Shown here piece after piece: positions 1-9,214 of a stretch of DNA of 64,000 nucleotides (position 1 is the stretch's first letter; each line of letters begins with the position of its first letter). Source of the DNA: Puniceicoccales bacterium (GTDB lineage Bacteria > Verrucomicrobiota > Verrucomicrobiia > Opitutales > UBA9783). The stretch covers positions 6,303-70,302 of the forward strand of contig JAIRMU010000018.1 of NCBI GenBank assembly GCA_031258545.1. The letters run 5' to 3'. The translations under genes were made by a program, and so were the position numbers. Below the pieces are notes generated by a model. It had not been told where the DNA came from, ran no database searches, and saw only the letters and a program-made list of their open reading frames with translations.

Positions 1-330
1 GATACAATTTTTAAACTCATTTCCTTACTCGCCATCCTAACCTCGGCAATCGGTATTGGCATAGGTATTTGCATATCACTTCAGGAAGAACAAACTAAAA
101 TCAATCCTCAAATGCTGGTGGTCATCATTCCATGCATCGTGAATTTAACTTTTCAAAATGCATTTCTGAAAATACTGTCTTTTGGAGGTGCAATTGCAAC
201 CGTATTCGTAATTTTTATTCCCATTTATCTAAAACGAATGAAAGAAAATATCACTTTACAGGATACCCTATGCTGCGTCTTTGGCCTACTTATTATTTTC
301 GTAGAATGTATCGACATGGTGTTGCATTAA
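1..330 (+). CDS. 3' end of a polytopic membrane transporter gene (5' part outside the window); possibly an amino-acid permease
   Basis: Frame 1 is open from nt 1 to the TAA at 328-330. The translation DTIFKLISLLAILTSAIGIGIGICISL...VFVIFIPIYLKRMKEN consists of hydrophobic helices with short polar loops. The family assignment is a guess. Confidence 0.45.
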   Translation, partial: DTIFKLISLLAILTSAIGIGIGICISLQEEQTKINPQMLVVIIPCIVNLTFQNAFLKILSFGGAIATVFVIFIPIYLKRMKENITLQDTLCCVFGLLIIFVECIDMVLH

Positions 331-477
331 ATGAAAACTTTCTCCATCGGCGTATCGTGTGCATACTTTGCATCGTGCATTGGGTTCGCATAACACAATT
401 TATGCATTGCAATTACGTTGGCATAAAAACCGCGTAAAAATTTATGTGCACGACTAAAAAATAACCCAGCGGTTTTT

Positions 478-1626
478 CTAGTCCAGTTTTAAACCGTGAC
501 GCAAGTATGTAGGTGTGTCCCAATAGGCTTCACTACCGGCATCATCGAAATCAAACTGGATTTGCGTGTTTTGACTATTTGCCATTTTTTCGCTGTCAGG
601 TTTTTTACGATAGCGCGCAGCTTTTAAATTTTGCTTACAATAGGACCCTAAAACAAAAATTTCCACTCGCGATGTAACTTCCACTAACTCTGCATACGCA
701 TTGAGCACTTGAATCTCAGGTGACCCCAAATACCCCTGCAATTCGTAATATAAGTTTTTTAAATCCACGAATGGTACACCGGATCCCAATTGGGAAAACA
801 TAAAAACTTTTTTTATGGGTATGTGCCCTTTGCTGGAACGCCAAAATGGACAGTCGAATACCGACCTTAACGCTTGTTCCGAAGCATGCTCGCCTTCTCC
901 AAAGCCTATGCCCCAAAAAACACCTTCGGGTTTATCGGAAAAATGCTTCAGGAAATTATTTAAATTGCCCTCCAAAACACCGGCAGTATTTTGTGTTAAA
1001 TAGGTAAAAAACATTTTCATCAATCTGGAGAGCCAGGCATCTCCTTCGGTAAACGCCTCTTTAATGGTCGCCACGTCCGACAATGATTGAAATAAAATGT
1101 CATTGTTAAAAGGCACCACCAAATCTGAAGCGAGCTGCAGAGACTTCAATTGGCTTTGCACACGAATAGCCTTGGATTGTCCTTCAAAGGAAAAAGGCAC
1201 GATGGGAATGGTCAACACAAAAGCACCCCATTGGATGGCCAATTGAACCAACTTTAGGCAAGCGCCTCCACCCGTTCCTCCCCCCAGCCCGACGAGTAAA
1301 ATAAGAATGTCGGTTTTTTGGCAAAAAGCGTGGAGTGGGGCTGCATCTTTTTCAAACATTTGTTCCACGAGCGCTTCATCGCCGCCAGAACTAAGCCCTC
1401 GAAAGTGACTTTTTTCGAAACAAAATTTTGGTAAAGATGGATGTAAACTTTCCAAGCAACGCAAATCTGTATCTACCGCTAAACACAAATCAGACAAAAT
1501 AGACACTTTGGAAAAGAAATCATTCAAAGCGCGGCAAGCCGCGCTTCCCAAAGCTAAACACTTCACACGTGCTCCCATCGTATGCGTCTTGCCCATATCC
1601 AATCCATCCATATTTCCCTCATCCAA
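478..1626 (-). CDS. ftsZ: Divergent FtsZ (tubulin/FtsZ-family GTPase) cell-division protein
   Basis: It carries the tubulin signature GLGGGTGGGA plus AVDTD, PFSFEG and NNDILF, and has a two-domain FtsZ layout. The C-terminal DTPTYLRH resembles the FtsA-binding DIPAFLR tail. The T1 loop (GSAACRA) and T7 loop (NLNNFL) are degenerate. Several in-frame Met codons lie near the 5' end, so the start is uncertain. Confidence 0.75.
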   Translation of the reverse strand: MDEGNMDGLDMGKTHTMGARVKCLALGSAACRALNDFFSKVSILSDLCLAVDTDLRCLESLHPSLPKFCFEKSHFRGLSSGGDEALVEQMFEKDAAPLHAFCQKTDILILLVGLGGGTGGGACLKLVQLAIQWGAFVLTIPIVPFSFEGQSKAIRVQSQLKSLQLASDLVVPFNNDILFQSLSDVATIKEAFTEGDAWLSRLMKMFFTYLTQNTAGVLEGNLNNFLKHFSDKPEGVFWGIGFGEGEHASEQALRSVFDCPFWRSSKGHIPIKKVFMFSQLGSGVPFVDLKNLYYELQGYLGSPEIQVLNAYAELVEVTSRVEIFVLGSYCKQNLKAARYRKKPDSEKMANSQNTQIQFDFDDAGSEAYWDTPTYLRHGLKLD

Positions 1627-1884
1627 TCGAACGCTTCCAATCTTGTCAAACCTTTGTTAAATGCTGATATGGTGCGGACTAGCACTTGATTGCCAATCGC
1701 ATATCATTCTCGAAGCATTGGAGACAAAAATAGGTTGGCATAAAATATTTTAATTGAAAATAAGCGGCAGCCATCTTAAATGATTTACAAAAAAGTTTAA
1801 AAGCCGTCAAAATGAACAACTGGGTTGCATAAAATGCATTTTTACACATCAATTTAGATGCTAAAAATTGTTATCCGCAATAGG

Positions 1885-4194
1885 TTACTTTGTTTTCATA
1901 ACAAATACACCATCCCAATCCAGTGCGGGCGGATGCAATTGCATGTAGGCACAACGCTGCTTGTATATCAAAGAAGGATTTGTGGTGATGCCGACATCTC
2001 TGTTGGGTTGTAAAGGTTCTAGATGTGAAGATTCCTCAAATAATTTGGTAGCTTCGGACCAATCTTGTCGTAAATACATTTGTATACCTTTTTCAAAAAT
2101 GTCGATGCATTCGAAAGTGTTTTCCTGTAAATCCTTTTTCAATCCAACAATTTCGTAAATGCTCAAAGGATGCGTCCGACCTTTAACAATAATGCGGTCA
2201 ACAAATCGAAAGACAAGTATATCGCTTTCTCCAATAACGGTTTTGTAAGTATCTTCCGTAACCAATGTATAAACGCCAAATATTTTTGCTCCCGATTCAC
2301 AACGTGCAGCTATGTTGACCGTATCGCCCATCATGGTAAAATTAAATCGTGTAGAAGATCCCATGTTACCCACCGTAGCAAATCCAGTACTGAGACCAAT
2401 ACGAGTCCTCATTTGCAAAACTTCTTGAGGCCAATTGATACCCTTTTCTCGACTCCACTTTTCTCTCAAAATACGTTGTTTTTCTTGAATGCGACAAGTG
2501 GCAACGCAGGCATGCAACGCATGAGACTCTAGGTCAAAAGGCGCTCCAAACATGGCGACAACGGCATCGCCAATGTATTTATCAAGCGTTCCGCCTTCCT
2601 GATTGATGACATCGGTAACGGCAGTCAAATACTCATTCATGAGTTTAACCAGATTGGAGGGCGATAAAAGTTCAGAAAAAGTTGAAAAATTTTGAATATC
2701 ACTGAAAAAGGCTGTAATATCTTTTTCAACCCCCCCCAATTGGGGATTATTTTGCGTTTCAATCATGGTGGAAACAATCTCCGGAGATAAGTAATTGCCA
2801 AAAATACTTTTTATCCTTAGCCGCTGTTTGCGTTCCACAAGCATTTGGTATAATGCTCCAAACAATGATAGCGTAAGGAGACAACCTAAAGGCGCAACTA
2901 TGGGACAAGCAATGTACACGGTTGCATCAAAAATACCAAATAAGCCAAATGCCAATAAAAAGTAAACAATAACACCCACCATCAGTAACCTGCTCCAACG
3001 TTTAATAAAGTCGCTGTACAAAATGATGATGGCTACAAGAAAATTAAGCACAAATACTATCAATAATTCTACAATCCATGAAAAATGCCGTACATAATAT
3101 TCCGAATAAAGTGTTTTAAACAAATTTGCGTGTGCGGTAATGGAAGGGACTTTTTTTACATCAACGGGCGTGTGAATAAGTGAATCTGTGCCTTCGTATG
3201 TATTACCCAAGAAAATAAACGCATCGTTAAACTGTGAAAAAAAGGCAAGTGCATGCTCTTTTTCACTTTTAGAAGCATTGGGAGATTGAATAATTTCATA
3301 ATTTTTTAAAACACCGATCAAACTTACCTTTTGATCCTTTGTGGTGGACCACGAAGAAAACCAATTAATTTCCATCAATTGTCTCTTTTGCAGTGGTATT
3401 TTTCTAATCACCTCCCCTTCTGGATTTAGAAAAATAATCCTAAAGTTATTTTCGTACTTTTCTTCCGGAGAATCATCTCCGTAAATATTAACAAAATCGT
3501 GCGATACTTTGAAAACGTGCATGAGTATTTCCAATCCAAGTGTGTAGTAAATTTGGCTGTGTGTACGTGCATAAAGCGGTACCCAGCGTATCGTTGAGCC
3601 CACATTCATAATAGAATCACCATTTGTAATGCCTGTTTTGATCTTGTTGCCCACAATTTTATTTGAAGGATGGAGAGGATTTTTAACGAGACTAAAGTCT
3701 GTGAATCCCTTATAGATCAATGGAAACGGAATTTCATGCTGCAAAAAGGGTTGTTGTACTTCACCGAACGTATTGTACCAAGCCCCCAAGATCACATTGG
3801 AACTGTTTTCAAAATATTGACGACATGTACGTTCATCATCGTACACACGTTGCTTATCCACCAAATTCGAATATTTTTTATCAAAAAACAAAATATCTGA
3901 AATCAATGCTTGCGGCTTTCCCAGGTTTGTCAAAGCGTATACCGCTTGCGCGTAAAAGCTTAAGGGAACGGGCGCTTCCCCCATAAAATTAATAGCAGCG
4001 TTATCCACATTGACGTAAATAATTTTGGGCATCCGTTGCGTAACTTTACTCTCATTAATATCGCCTCTCAACCAATAACGAAAATCCATAGTTGCATTTT
4101 CCAACCGTTTTGCCCAATCGTAACGCGTACATATCTGCCACGTGAGTGGTAAAAAGAAAAATATAATCAAAACCTTTGCAAAACGTTTAAACAT
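1885..4194 (-). CDS. CHASE2-sensor membrane adenylate/guanylate cyclase (class III)
   Basis: An N-terminal TM segment is followed by a large extracytoplasmic domain and a cluster of TM helices (WIVELLIVFVLNFLVAIIILY...). The class III cyclase core follows: ITAFFSDIQNFSTFSE, KYIGDAVVAMFGAP, IGLSTGFATVGNMGS, MGDTVNIAARCES. Confidence 0.85.
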   Translation of the reverse strand: MFKRFAKVLIIFFFLPLTWQICTRYDWAKRLENATMDFRYWLRGDINESKVTQRMPKIIYVNVDNAAINFMGEAPVPLSFYAQAVYALTNLGKPQALISDILFFDKKYSNLVDKQRVYDDERTCRQYFENSSNVILGAWYNTFGEVQQPFLQHEIPFPLIYKGFTDFSLVKNPLHPSNKIVGNKIKTGITNGDSIMNVGSTIRWVPLYARTHSQIYYTLGLEILMHVFKVSHDFVNIYGDDSPEEKYENNFRIIFLNPEGEVIRKIPLQKRQLMEINWFSSWSTTKDQKVSLIGVLKNYEIIQSPNASKSEKEHALAFFSQFNDAFIFLGNTYEGTDSLIHTPVDVKKVPSITAHANLFKTLYSEYYVRHFSWIVELLIVFVLNFLVAIIILYSDFIKRWSRLLMVGVIVYFLLAFGLFGIFDATVYIACPIVAPLGCLLTLSLFGALYQMLVERKQRLRIKSIFGNYLSPEIVSTMIETQNNPQLGGVEKDITAFFSDIQNFSTFSELLSPSNLVKLMNEYLTAVTDVINQEGGTLDKYIGDAVVAMFGAPFDLESHALHACVATCRIQEKQRILREKWSREKGINWPQEVLQMRTRIGLSTGFATVGNMGSSTRFNFTMMGDTVNIAARCESGAKIFGVYTLVTEDTYKTVIGESDILVFRFVDRIIVKGRTHPLSIYEIVGLKKDLQENTFECIDIFEKGIQMYLRQDWSEATKLFEESSHLEPLQPNRDVGITTNPSLIYKQRCAYMQLHPPALDWDGVFVMKTK

Positions 4195-4267
4195 AGTTTA
4201 TTTCTCAGACGTTTTAGAAGTTGCTGATTTAATTTTAATCTTATTTATAAATAACACAACATAAATA

Positions 4268-4819
4268 ATGTCCTTTTCTTCTTGTCCCTTTAAGCCTTTC
4301 GATGAACAAGCACCCAATTCCACCGAGGCTCAGGCGTGGCAAATTTTTTTTATGCAATGTGCCTACAATTTGGCATTAAAAGCGTGGCATCAAGGTGAAA
4401 TTCCCATTGGCGCCATCGCGGTTGTGAACCAGCAAATTGTTAGTCGCGCCTATAACCAGGTGGAGCAAAAAAAAAATGCTTGTGCACATGCCGAAATGCA
4501 AATTTTATACGACCTATTTCAGCAGAAGCGGGATTGGCGCCTGACGGACGTGCACTTGTACGTCACCAAAGAACCGTGTCCCATGTGCAGTGGTGCCATT
4601 TTTAAGTCAAGAGTACCAAAAGTTGTCGTTGGTGTCTACGACCGTCAACAAGGTTGTTTGGGAGGATGTTTGGATTTTAATCAGCATTTAAAGTTATACC
4701 ATTGCGTAGAAGTTGTTACCGAACCTCTCAATGGCTATTGTGAGACGCTATTAAAAACATTTTTCAAACTGCGGAGAAATGGTAACACACTCCATCTGCC
4801 TCTGGATTGCAAAGCATAA
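4268..4819 (+). CDS. tadA: tRNA-specific adenosine deaminase TadA
   Basis: The core reads CAHAEMQILYDL ... HLYVTKEPCPMCSGAIFKSRVPKVVVGV (HAE-x26-PCxxC), preceded by IPIGAIAV. It has roughly 25-aa N- and C-terminal extensions. Confidence 0.85.
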   Translation: MSFSSCPFKPFDEQAPNSTEAQAWQIFFMQCAYNLALKAWHQGEIPIGAIAVVNQQIVSRAYNQVEQKKNACAHAEMQILYDLFQQKRDWRLTDVHLYVTKEPCPMCSGAIFKSRVPKVVVGVYDRQQGCLGGCLDFNQHLKLYHCVEVVTEPLNGYCETLLKTFFKLRRNGNTLHLPLDCKA

Positions 4820-4885
4820 ATTTTAGAACACAGCAGTTAAAATGTGTAACCTATGTCAGCGTGTGTTGTCGCCTAAATCTATATT

Positions 4886-7069
4886 TTACACAAAATCTAC
4901 CGGGTCTACATCCCATAGGGTCGCAACGTTGATGGGCCACCGAAATTGCCGTTGCAACTGCATTAGACAAGGCAAATCCTTCAAAACATCCCGTGAAAAA
5001 AACAAAACATGTTGTCGATAATAATTGTTTACCTTACCCAGGGGAGGTACAGCGGGTCCCAAAATTGCAATGTGCTCGCTTTGCAAATTTTTTTGTAAAA
5101 ATGAATCCCACTGTTGGCATGCATATGCAAGTACACTTTCGGAGTGGCTCCGTAAAATTTGACGCATAATATGCCGGTGAGGAGGATAACCGTATCGATC
5201 GCGCAGCCGGCATTCTTGATTCAGAAAGTCTTCGACGTTGCCCGCTACACCCAATTGAACGCAAGGTGCGTCCGGAGAAAATGTTTGTACAACCACTTCA
5301 CCCATTTGATCCGCTCTGCCAGCCCTGCCGCCAACTTGAACAAGCAACTGAAAGGTTCTTTCGGCGGCCCGAAAGTCGTTTACGTTAAGTTGCCCATCCG
5401 CCTGTATGACTCCGACCAAAGTTACGTTGGGAAAATCCAGACCTTTGGCAATCATTTGGGTACCAATTAAAATATCGTACCGTTGTGACAACATTTGCTC
5501 ATACCAATCGGGATTTGAAGAGACCGTATCGGCATCCAATCTAAGGACACGGGCCCTCGGATATAATCTTTGGAGGCAAGCTTCAATGCGCTGCGTCCCA
5601 AGACCTCGACTTTTTTCAAAAAACCCGCCACAATGGGGGCACATTTTGGGCATTGGTAGGGTACGTTCACACGCATGACACTTTGCAACTTGTTGGCTGC
5701 GATGATAGACTAAATGAGCACTGCAGCAAGGACATGTGGCGTATTTCCCACACGCGTTACATTGCAAAAAAGGTGCGTAGCCGCGGCGATTCAAAAATAA
5801 TAAACTTTGCTCTTTGCGATCCAACCGATCGCTCAACTTTTCTCTCAACAAAGTGGATAGCATAAATGCGCCTTCGAAGTTAGGTTTTTCAAACGACATA
5901 TTAACCGTGTAAACTTTCGGCAAACATCGATTGTAGGGTCTATGGACAATGCGGTGCAACGTGTATTGACCGTTTTGGACATTGAACCAGGTTTCCAACG
6001 AAGGTGTTGCCGAACCCAGTACGCAAACCGAATTATTGAGCAATGCCCGATGTATGGCCAAATCACGACCGTGATATCGAGGGGTATCCGATTGTTTATA
6101 CGCAGGTTCGTGCTCTTCATCAACAATCACCAACCCAAGTCGACCCAAAGGTAAGAACAGGGCAGAACGTGTTCCCATAACAACGTCTATTGTACCGTTT
6201 AGCGCATTTTCCCAAATACGCAACCGTTCTCTTTCGCCCAATCGGCTGTGCCAAACCTCTACTTTAACTTCGTTTAGGCACAAACGCAGAGAAATTTTTT
6301 TGAGCGCCTGTTCCGTTAAAGCAATCTCCGGAACCAAATACAAAGTTTGCAAACCCAATTGCCGTGCGTACAATATGAGTTGATGATAGATTTCCGTTTT
6401 CCCAGATCCCGTAACTCCCAATAACACGTGCGTCGAGTGGATTTTTTTGGAAAAATCGGGACAAATTGAATGTACGACGCGCATCTGTTCGTCCGTCAAG
6501 TGAAATGGTGTACTGATTGAATCAGGTACCGACGGATATGTGGGTTCCATTGGAAACTTTTCTACGTACCCTTTCCCAATGAGCGCTTGTATCACTTGCG
6601 AACTTTTGGGAAATTGTTTCACCACGCGATGGTACGTCGTATCCCCCTGTTGCTGCAGCCATCGATAAATTGCCCTTTGCCTAATGCTATTTTCGCGAAA
6701 AATGGCCACGCACCGCGTAAGTCGCAGCCCGTATGTGGGCAAGTAAGTTTTCTCTTGGCGAACCATTGCCGGCAAAATGGCTCCAAATGCCGTTGATAGG
6801 GTACACCCATAATAGCGCACAAGCCACTCTGCCAAAAGGATGAGATCGGACGTCAGAACAGGTTTGTCAAACACGACGTCCAGGACCGTTTGATACGAAC
6901 AACAAGCCTCCGTAGGACGCACTTCAAGGGCTTTAACGACACCTAAACATACCCTATTGCGTACCTGAATTTTCACCATGGATCCCACTTGAAGACCCGG
7001 TATACCGTGGTAAATAAGCCCTCGATGGGTTCCGATGAGAGGCAGTACTTCAACAAAAAAGTTTCCCAT
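4886..7069 (-). CDS. priA: Primosomal replication restart helicase PriA
   Basis: Walker A is GVTGSGKTE and the DEAH-like box is VDEEHE. The Cys-rich zinc module is CNACGKYATCPCCSAHLVYH...CHAC...CPHCG. At 727 aa the length is typical. Confidence 0.95.
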   Translation of the reverse strand: MGNFFVEVLPLIGTHRGLIYHGIPGLQVGSMVKIQVRNRVCLGVVKALEVRPTEACCSYQTVLDVVFDKPVLTSDLILLAEWLVRYYGCTLSTAFGAILPAMVRQEKTYLPTYGLRLTRCVAIFRENSIRQRAIYRWLQQQGDTTYHRVVKQFPKSSQVIQALIGKGYVEKFPMEPTYPSVPDSISTPFHLTDEQMRVVHSICPDFSKKIHSTHVLLGVTGSGKTEIYHQLILYARQLGLQTLYLVPEIALTEQALKKISLRLCLNEVKVEVWHSRLGERERLRIWENALNGTIDVVMGTRSALFLPLGRLGLVIVDEEHEPAYKQSDTPRYHGRDLAIHRALLNNSVCVLGSATPSLETWFNVQNGQYTLHRIVHRPYNRCLPKVYTVNMSFEKPNFEGAFMLSTLLREKLSDRLDRKEQSLLFLNRRGYAPFLQCNACGKYATCPCCSAHLVYHRSQQVAKCHACERTLPMPKMCPHCGGFFEKSRGLGTQRIEACLQRLYPRARVLRLDADTVSSNPDWYEQMLSQRYDILIGTQMIAKGLDFPNVTLVGVIQADGQLNVNDFRAAERTFQLLVQVGGRAGRADQMGEVVVQTFSPDAPCVQLGVAGNVEDFLNQECRLRDRYGYPPHRHIMRQILRSHSESVLAYACQQWDSFLQKNLQSEHIAILGPAVPPLGKVNNYYRQHVLFFSRDVLKDLPCLMQLQRQFRWPINVATLWDVDPVDFV

Positions 7070-7099
7070 GGTACAGGCCCTATAGCCTTTTGACGCTTA

Positions 7100-7618
7100 T
7101 TAAGGCATTTCCCAGGCAAAACTTTCCAATTCACTCATCAATTCATTTTCGGGGCCGTACAAGAAAATTTTCCAACACACCAACTGTGTTTTGGAAGTGT
7201 ATTTTTTATCATCCGTTATGCCCAAATACAGTTCGTTGCGAAAGCATCCTCGCAGATTGGGAACCGTCCAAGTGCAGACGGCTTCGTGTGGGGTTGAATC
7301 CGTAATGAAATGAAGAACAATCTTGCTACCTTCCGGAATCCGTTGCAATGCCCCATTCATCATAACAATGAAATAAATTCCTTCCCGACGTTGAGGATCT
7401 GAACGTAAAAATATACGACCGCCTTTGGATTCACTTTTTTTAAAGGCTTCTATAATACCTTTAAAACTGTCTTCACCGCGGTATTGCATACGCAAAGATT
7501 CAAAATGAACCCCGAGGCGTTTGCTCGCCTTATGGGGCGCATCAAGAGTAACATGTTTTGAGCATCCGACGGTCAATAAGCAGGTTAAACAAACGTATTT
7601 CCACATAAATTGATGCAT
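7100..7618 (-). CDS. Hypothetical lipoprotein
   Basis: MHQFMWKYVCLTCLLTVGCSKH has a lipobox-like LTVGC. I trimmed the track ORF (7100-7675) to the Met preceding the leader. No recognisable domain. Confidence 0.5.
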   Translation of the reverse strand: MHQFMWKYVCLTCLLTVGCSKHVTLDAPHKASKRLGVHFESLRMQYRGEDSFKGIIEAFKKSESKGGRIFLRSDPQRREGIYFIVMMNGALQRIPEGSKIVLHFITDSTPHEAVCTWTVPNLRGCFRNELYLGITDDKKYTSKTQLVCWKIFLYGPENELMSELESFAWEMP

Positions 7619-7823
7619 CACATTAATCACTTTTTTTATTAACGCAACCTTTGGGTCCAAATTTTTTGCACCCATAACCGTTCCACACGTACCTTTTAAA
7701 ATTTCGTTTAACTTACTGTGATGTCATCGGAAAATTAAATTTCACGGTATGTTAAGTTTTACAAAAACCCCAGCAAATCGCTTGACAATGGCGTGTATAG
7801 GGACGTTCATAGTAGGCTTACCT

Positions 7824-8291
7824 ATGGAACCAACGTTGCGCGTAGATGTGCAGGATAAGACTCGCAAAACAAGACGCCGACAACAGCGTCAATGTATTGT
7901 TGAATGCCTCTACATGTGGGATATGCAACAGGATGTTGCCATGGAGACTTTGTTTAAAAATTACTGCGAAGAACGCTGTACAGAAATGGATGCCAGTATT
8001 CTAAATTCGGATTTCGTTATCAACATGTTACAGGGAGTCGTGTGTTCTAAAATTGCCATCGATGCCTATATTCAAAATTGTGCAAAAAATTGGACTTTCT
8101 CTCGCATTGCAAAAATGGATCTGGCCATCCTAAGGCTTGCCTTATTTGAACTACTTTTCTGCAAAAAAGTACCCGCCCCTGTTATTATCAATGAAGCCAT
8201 TGAGCTTAGTAAAACTTACTCGTCCGAAGATTCAAGGCGTTTCATCAACGGAATACTCGATCAGTTGGCCAAAGAAAGGGAGGTGCATTGA
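7824..8291 (+). CDS. nusB: Transcription antitermination factor NusB
   Basis: The core RRRQQRQCIVECLYMWD ... LAILRLALFELLFCKKVPAPVIINEAIELSKTYSSEDSRRFINGILD is typical of NusB. I trimmed the start to the Met at 7824. The gene overlaps ftsY by 4 nt. Confidence 0.8.
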   Translation: MEPTLRVDVQDKTRKTRRRQQRQCIVECLYMWDMQQDVAMETLFKNYCEERCTEMDASILNSDFVINMLQGVVCSKIAIDAYIQNCAKNWTFSRIAKMDLAILRLALFELLFCKKVPAPVIINEAIELSKTYSSEDSRRFINGILDQLAKEREVH

Positions 8292-9214
8292 TGTTTGAAA
8301 TATTTAAAAAAATTAAAGATGGATTCGTCAATACGCACAAAAAGCTGTGGGCCGGTTTATTAAATCCTTTCAGAAAAGGTGCATCATTTGCATCCGAAAC
8401 CCTAGAACAACTGGAAGCAAATCTGTACGGTGCAGACTTTGGTCCTGAAGTGGTCGAAAAGGTTATGCAGGAAATTAAAAACGCGGATCCCAAACATTGC
8501 TCATTGCACCAACTGGTTCGACTTACCTTGGCAACAATGCTCCGGGATTCCGAAGGCACCCTTCCGTCCGATGCGCAACAACCGCAAGTGGTATTGCTTT
8601 TGGGAGTCAATGGGGTTGGAAAAACAACGACGGCTGCCAAACTGGCCTATTACCTGCAGACACAAAATGCAAAAGTTTTGTTGGGCTCATGCGACACTTT
8701 TAGAGCAGCGGCCGATCAACAGCTCAATCGGTGGGCAGAACAACTTCACATTGAGTGCGTAAGGAGTCACCAAGGCGCGGATGCCGCCGCCGTAGCTCAC
8801 GATACATGCCAAGCCGGGATATATCGAAATTATAATTGGATTTTGCTGGATACGGCTGGCCGTTTACACAATAAAACCCATTTGGTGGAAGAATTAAAAA
8901 AGATTGTCCGGGTAACTAAAAAATTTCAGGACAACTTTCCCCAACACAGGTGGTTGGTCGTTGACGGATCGCTCGGCACAAATTCAATAACGCAGGCAAA
9001 GGTATTTCACGAGGCGGTTGGCTTAACGGGTATAATTGTTACAAAATTAGACGGAACCAGTAAAGGTGGAGCCATCGTCGGGATTCACGACCAACTCAAA
9101 TTGCCCATCTATTTTATTGGCCTGGGTGAAGCCTGCGACGATTTGCAAAAATTTTCCTATGCATCGTACTTGGATGCCATTATAGGTTCCACCAACGATT
9201 CTTCGGCATGTTAG
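8288..9214 (+). CDS. ftsY: Signal recognition particle receptor FtsY (short form without acidic A domain)
   Basis: SRP-GTPase motifs are present: GVNGVGKTTTAAKLA, DTAGRLH, TKLDGTSKGG, GLGE. Confidence 0.95.
   Translation: MMFEIFKKIKDGFVNTHKKLWAGLLNPFRKGASFASETLEQLEANLYGADFGPEVVEKVMQEIKNADPKHCSLHQLVRLTLATMLRDSEGTLPSDAQQPQVVLLLGVNGVGKTTTAAKLAYYLQTQNAKVLLGSCDTFRAAADQQLNRWAEQLHIECVRSHQGADAAAVAHDTCQAGIYRNYNWILLDTAGRLHNKTHLVEELKKIVRVTKKFQDNFPQHRWLVVDGSLGTNSITQAKVFHEAVGLTGIIVTKLDGTSKGGAIVGIHDQLKLPIYFIGLGEACDDLQKFSYASYLDAIIGSTNDSSAC

Noticed and set aside
331-477. Possible terminator AAACCGC...GCGGTTT between the convergent transporter and ftsZ genes.
   Set aside because: The arms are 7 nt but are separated by a loop of about 35 nt. 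This is not a credible intrinsic terminator as drawn.
8245-8640. 131-aa ORF antisense to ftsY. Many similar 60-130-aa ORFs lie inside large genes, for example 5034-5264, 9223-9525, 11252-11494, 28024-28302, 30532-30867, 46741-47037 and 54845-55219.
   Set aside because: They lie entirely within, and antisense or out of frame to, genes with strong family motifs. Their translations are low-complexity or Arg/Cys/Ser-rich. They are shadow ORFs.
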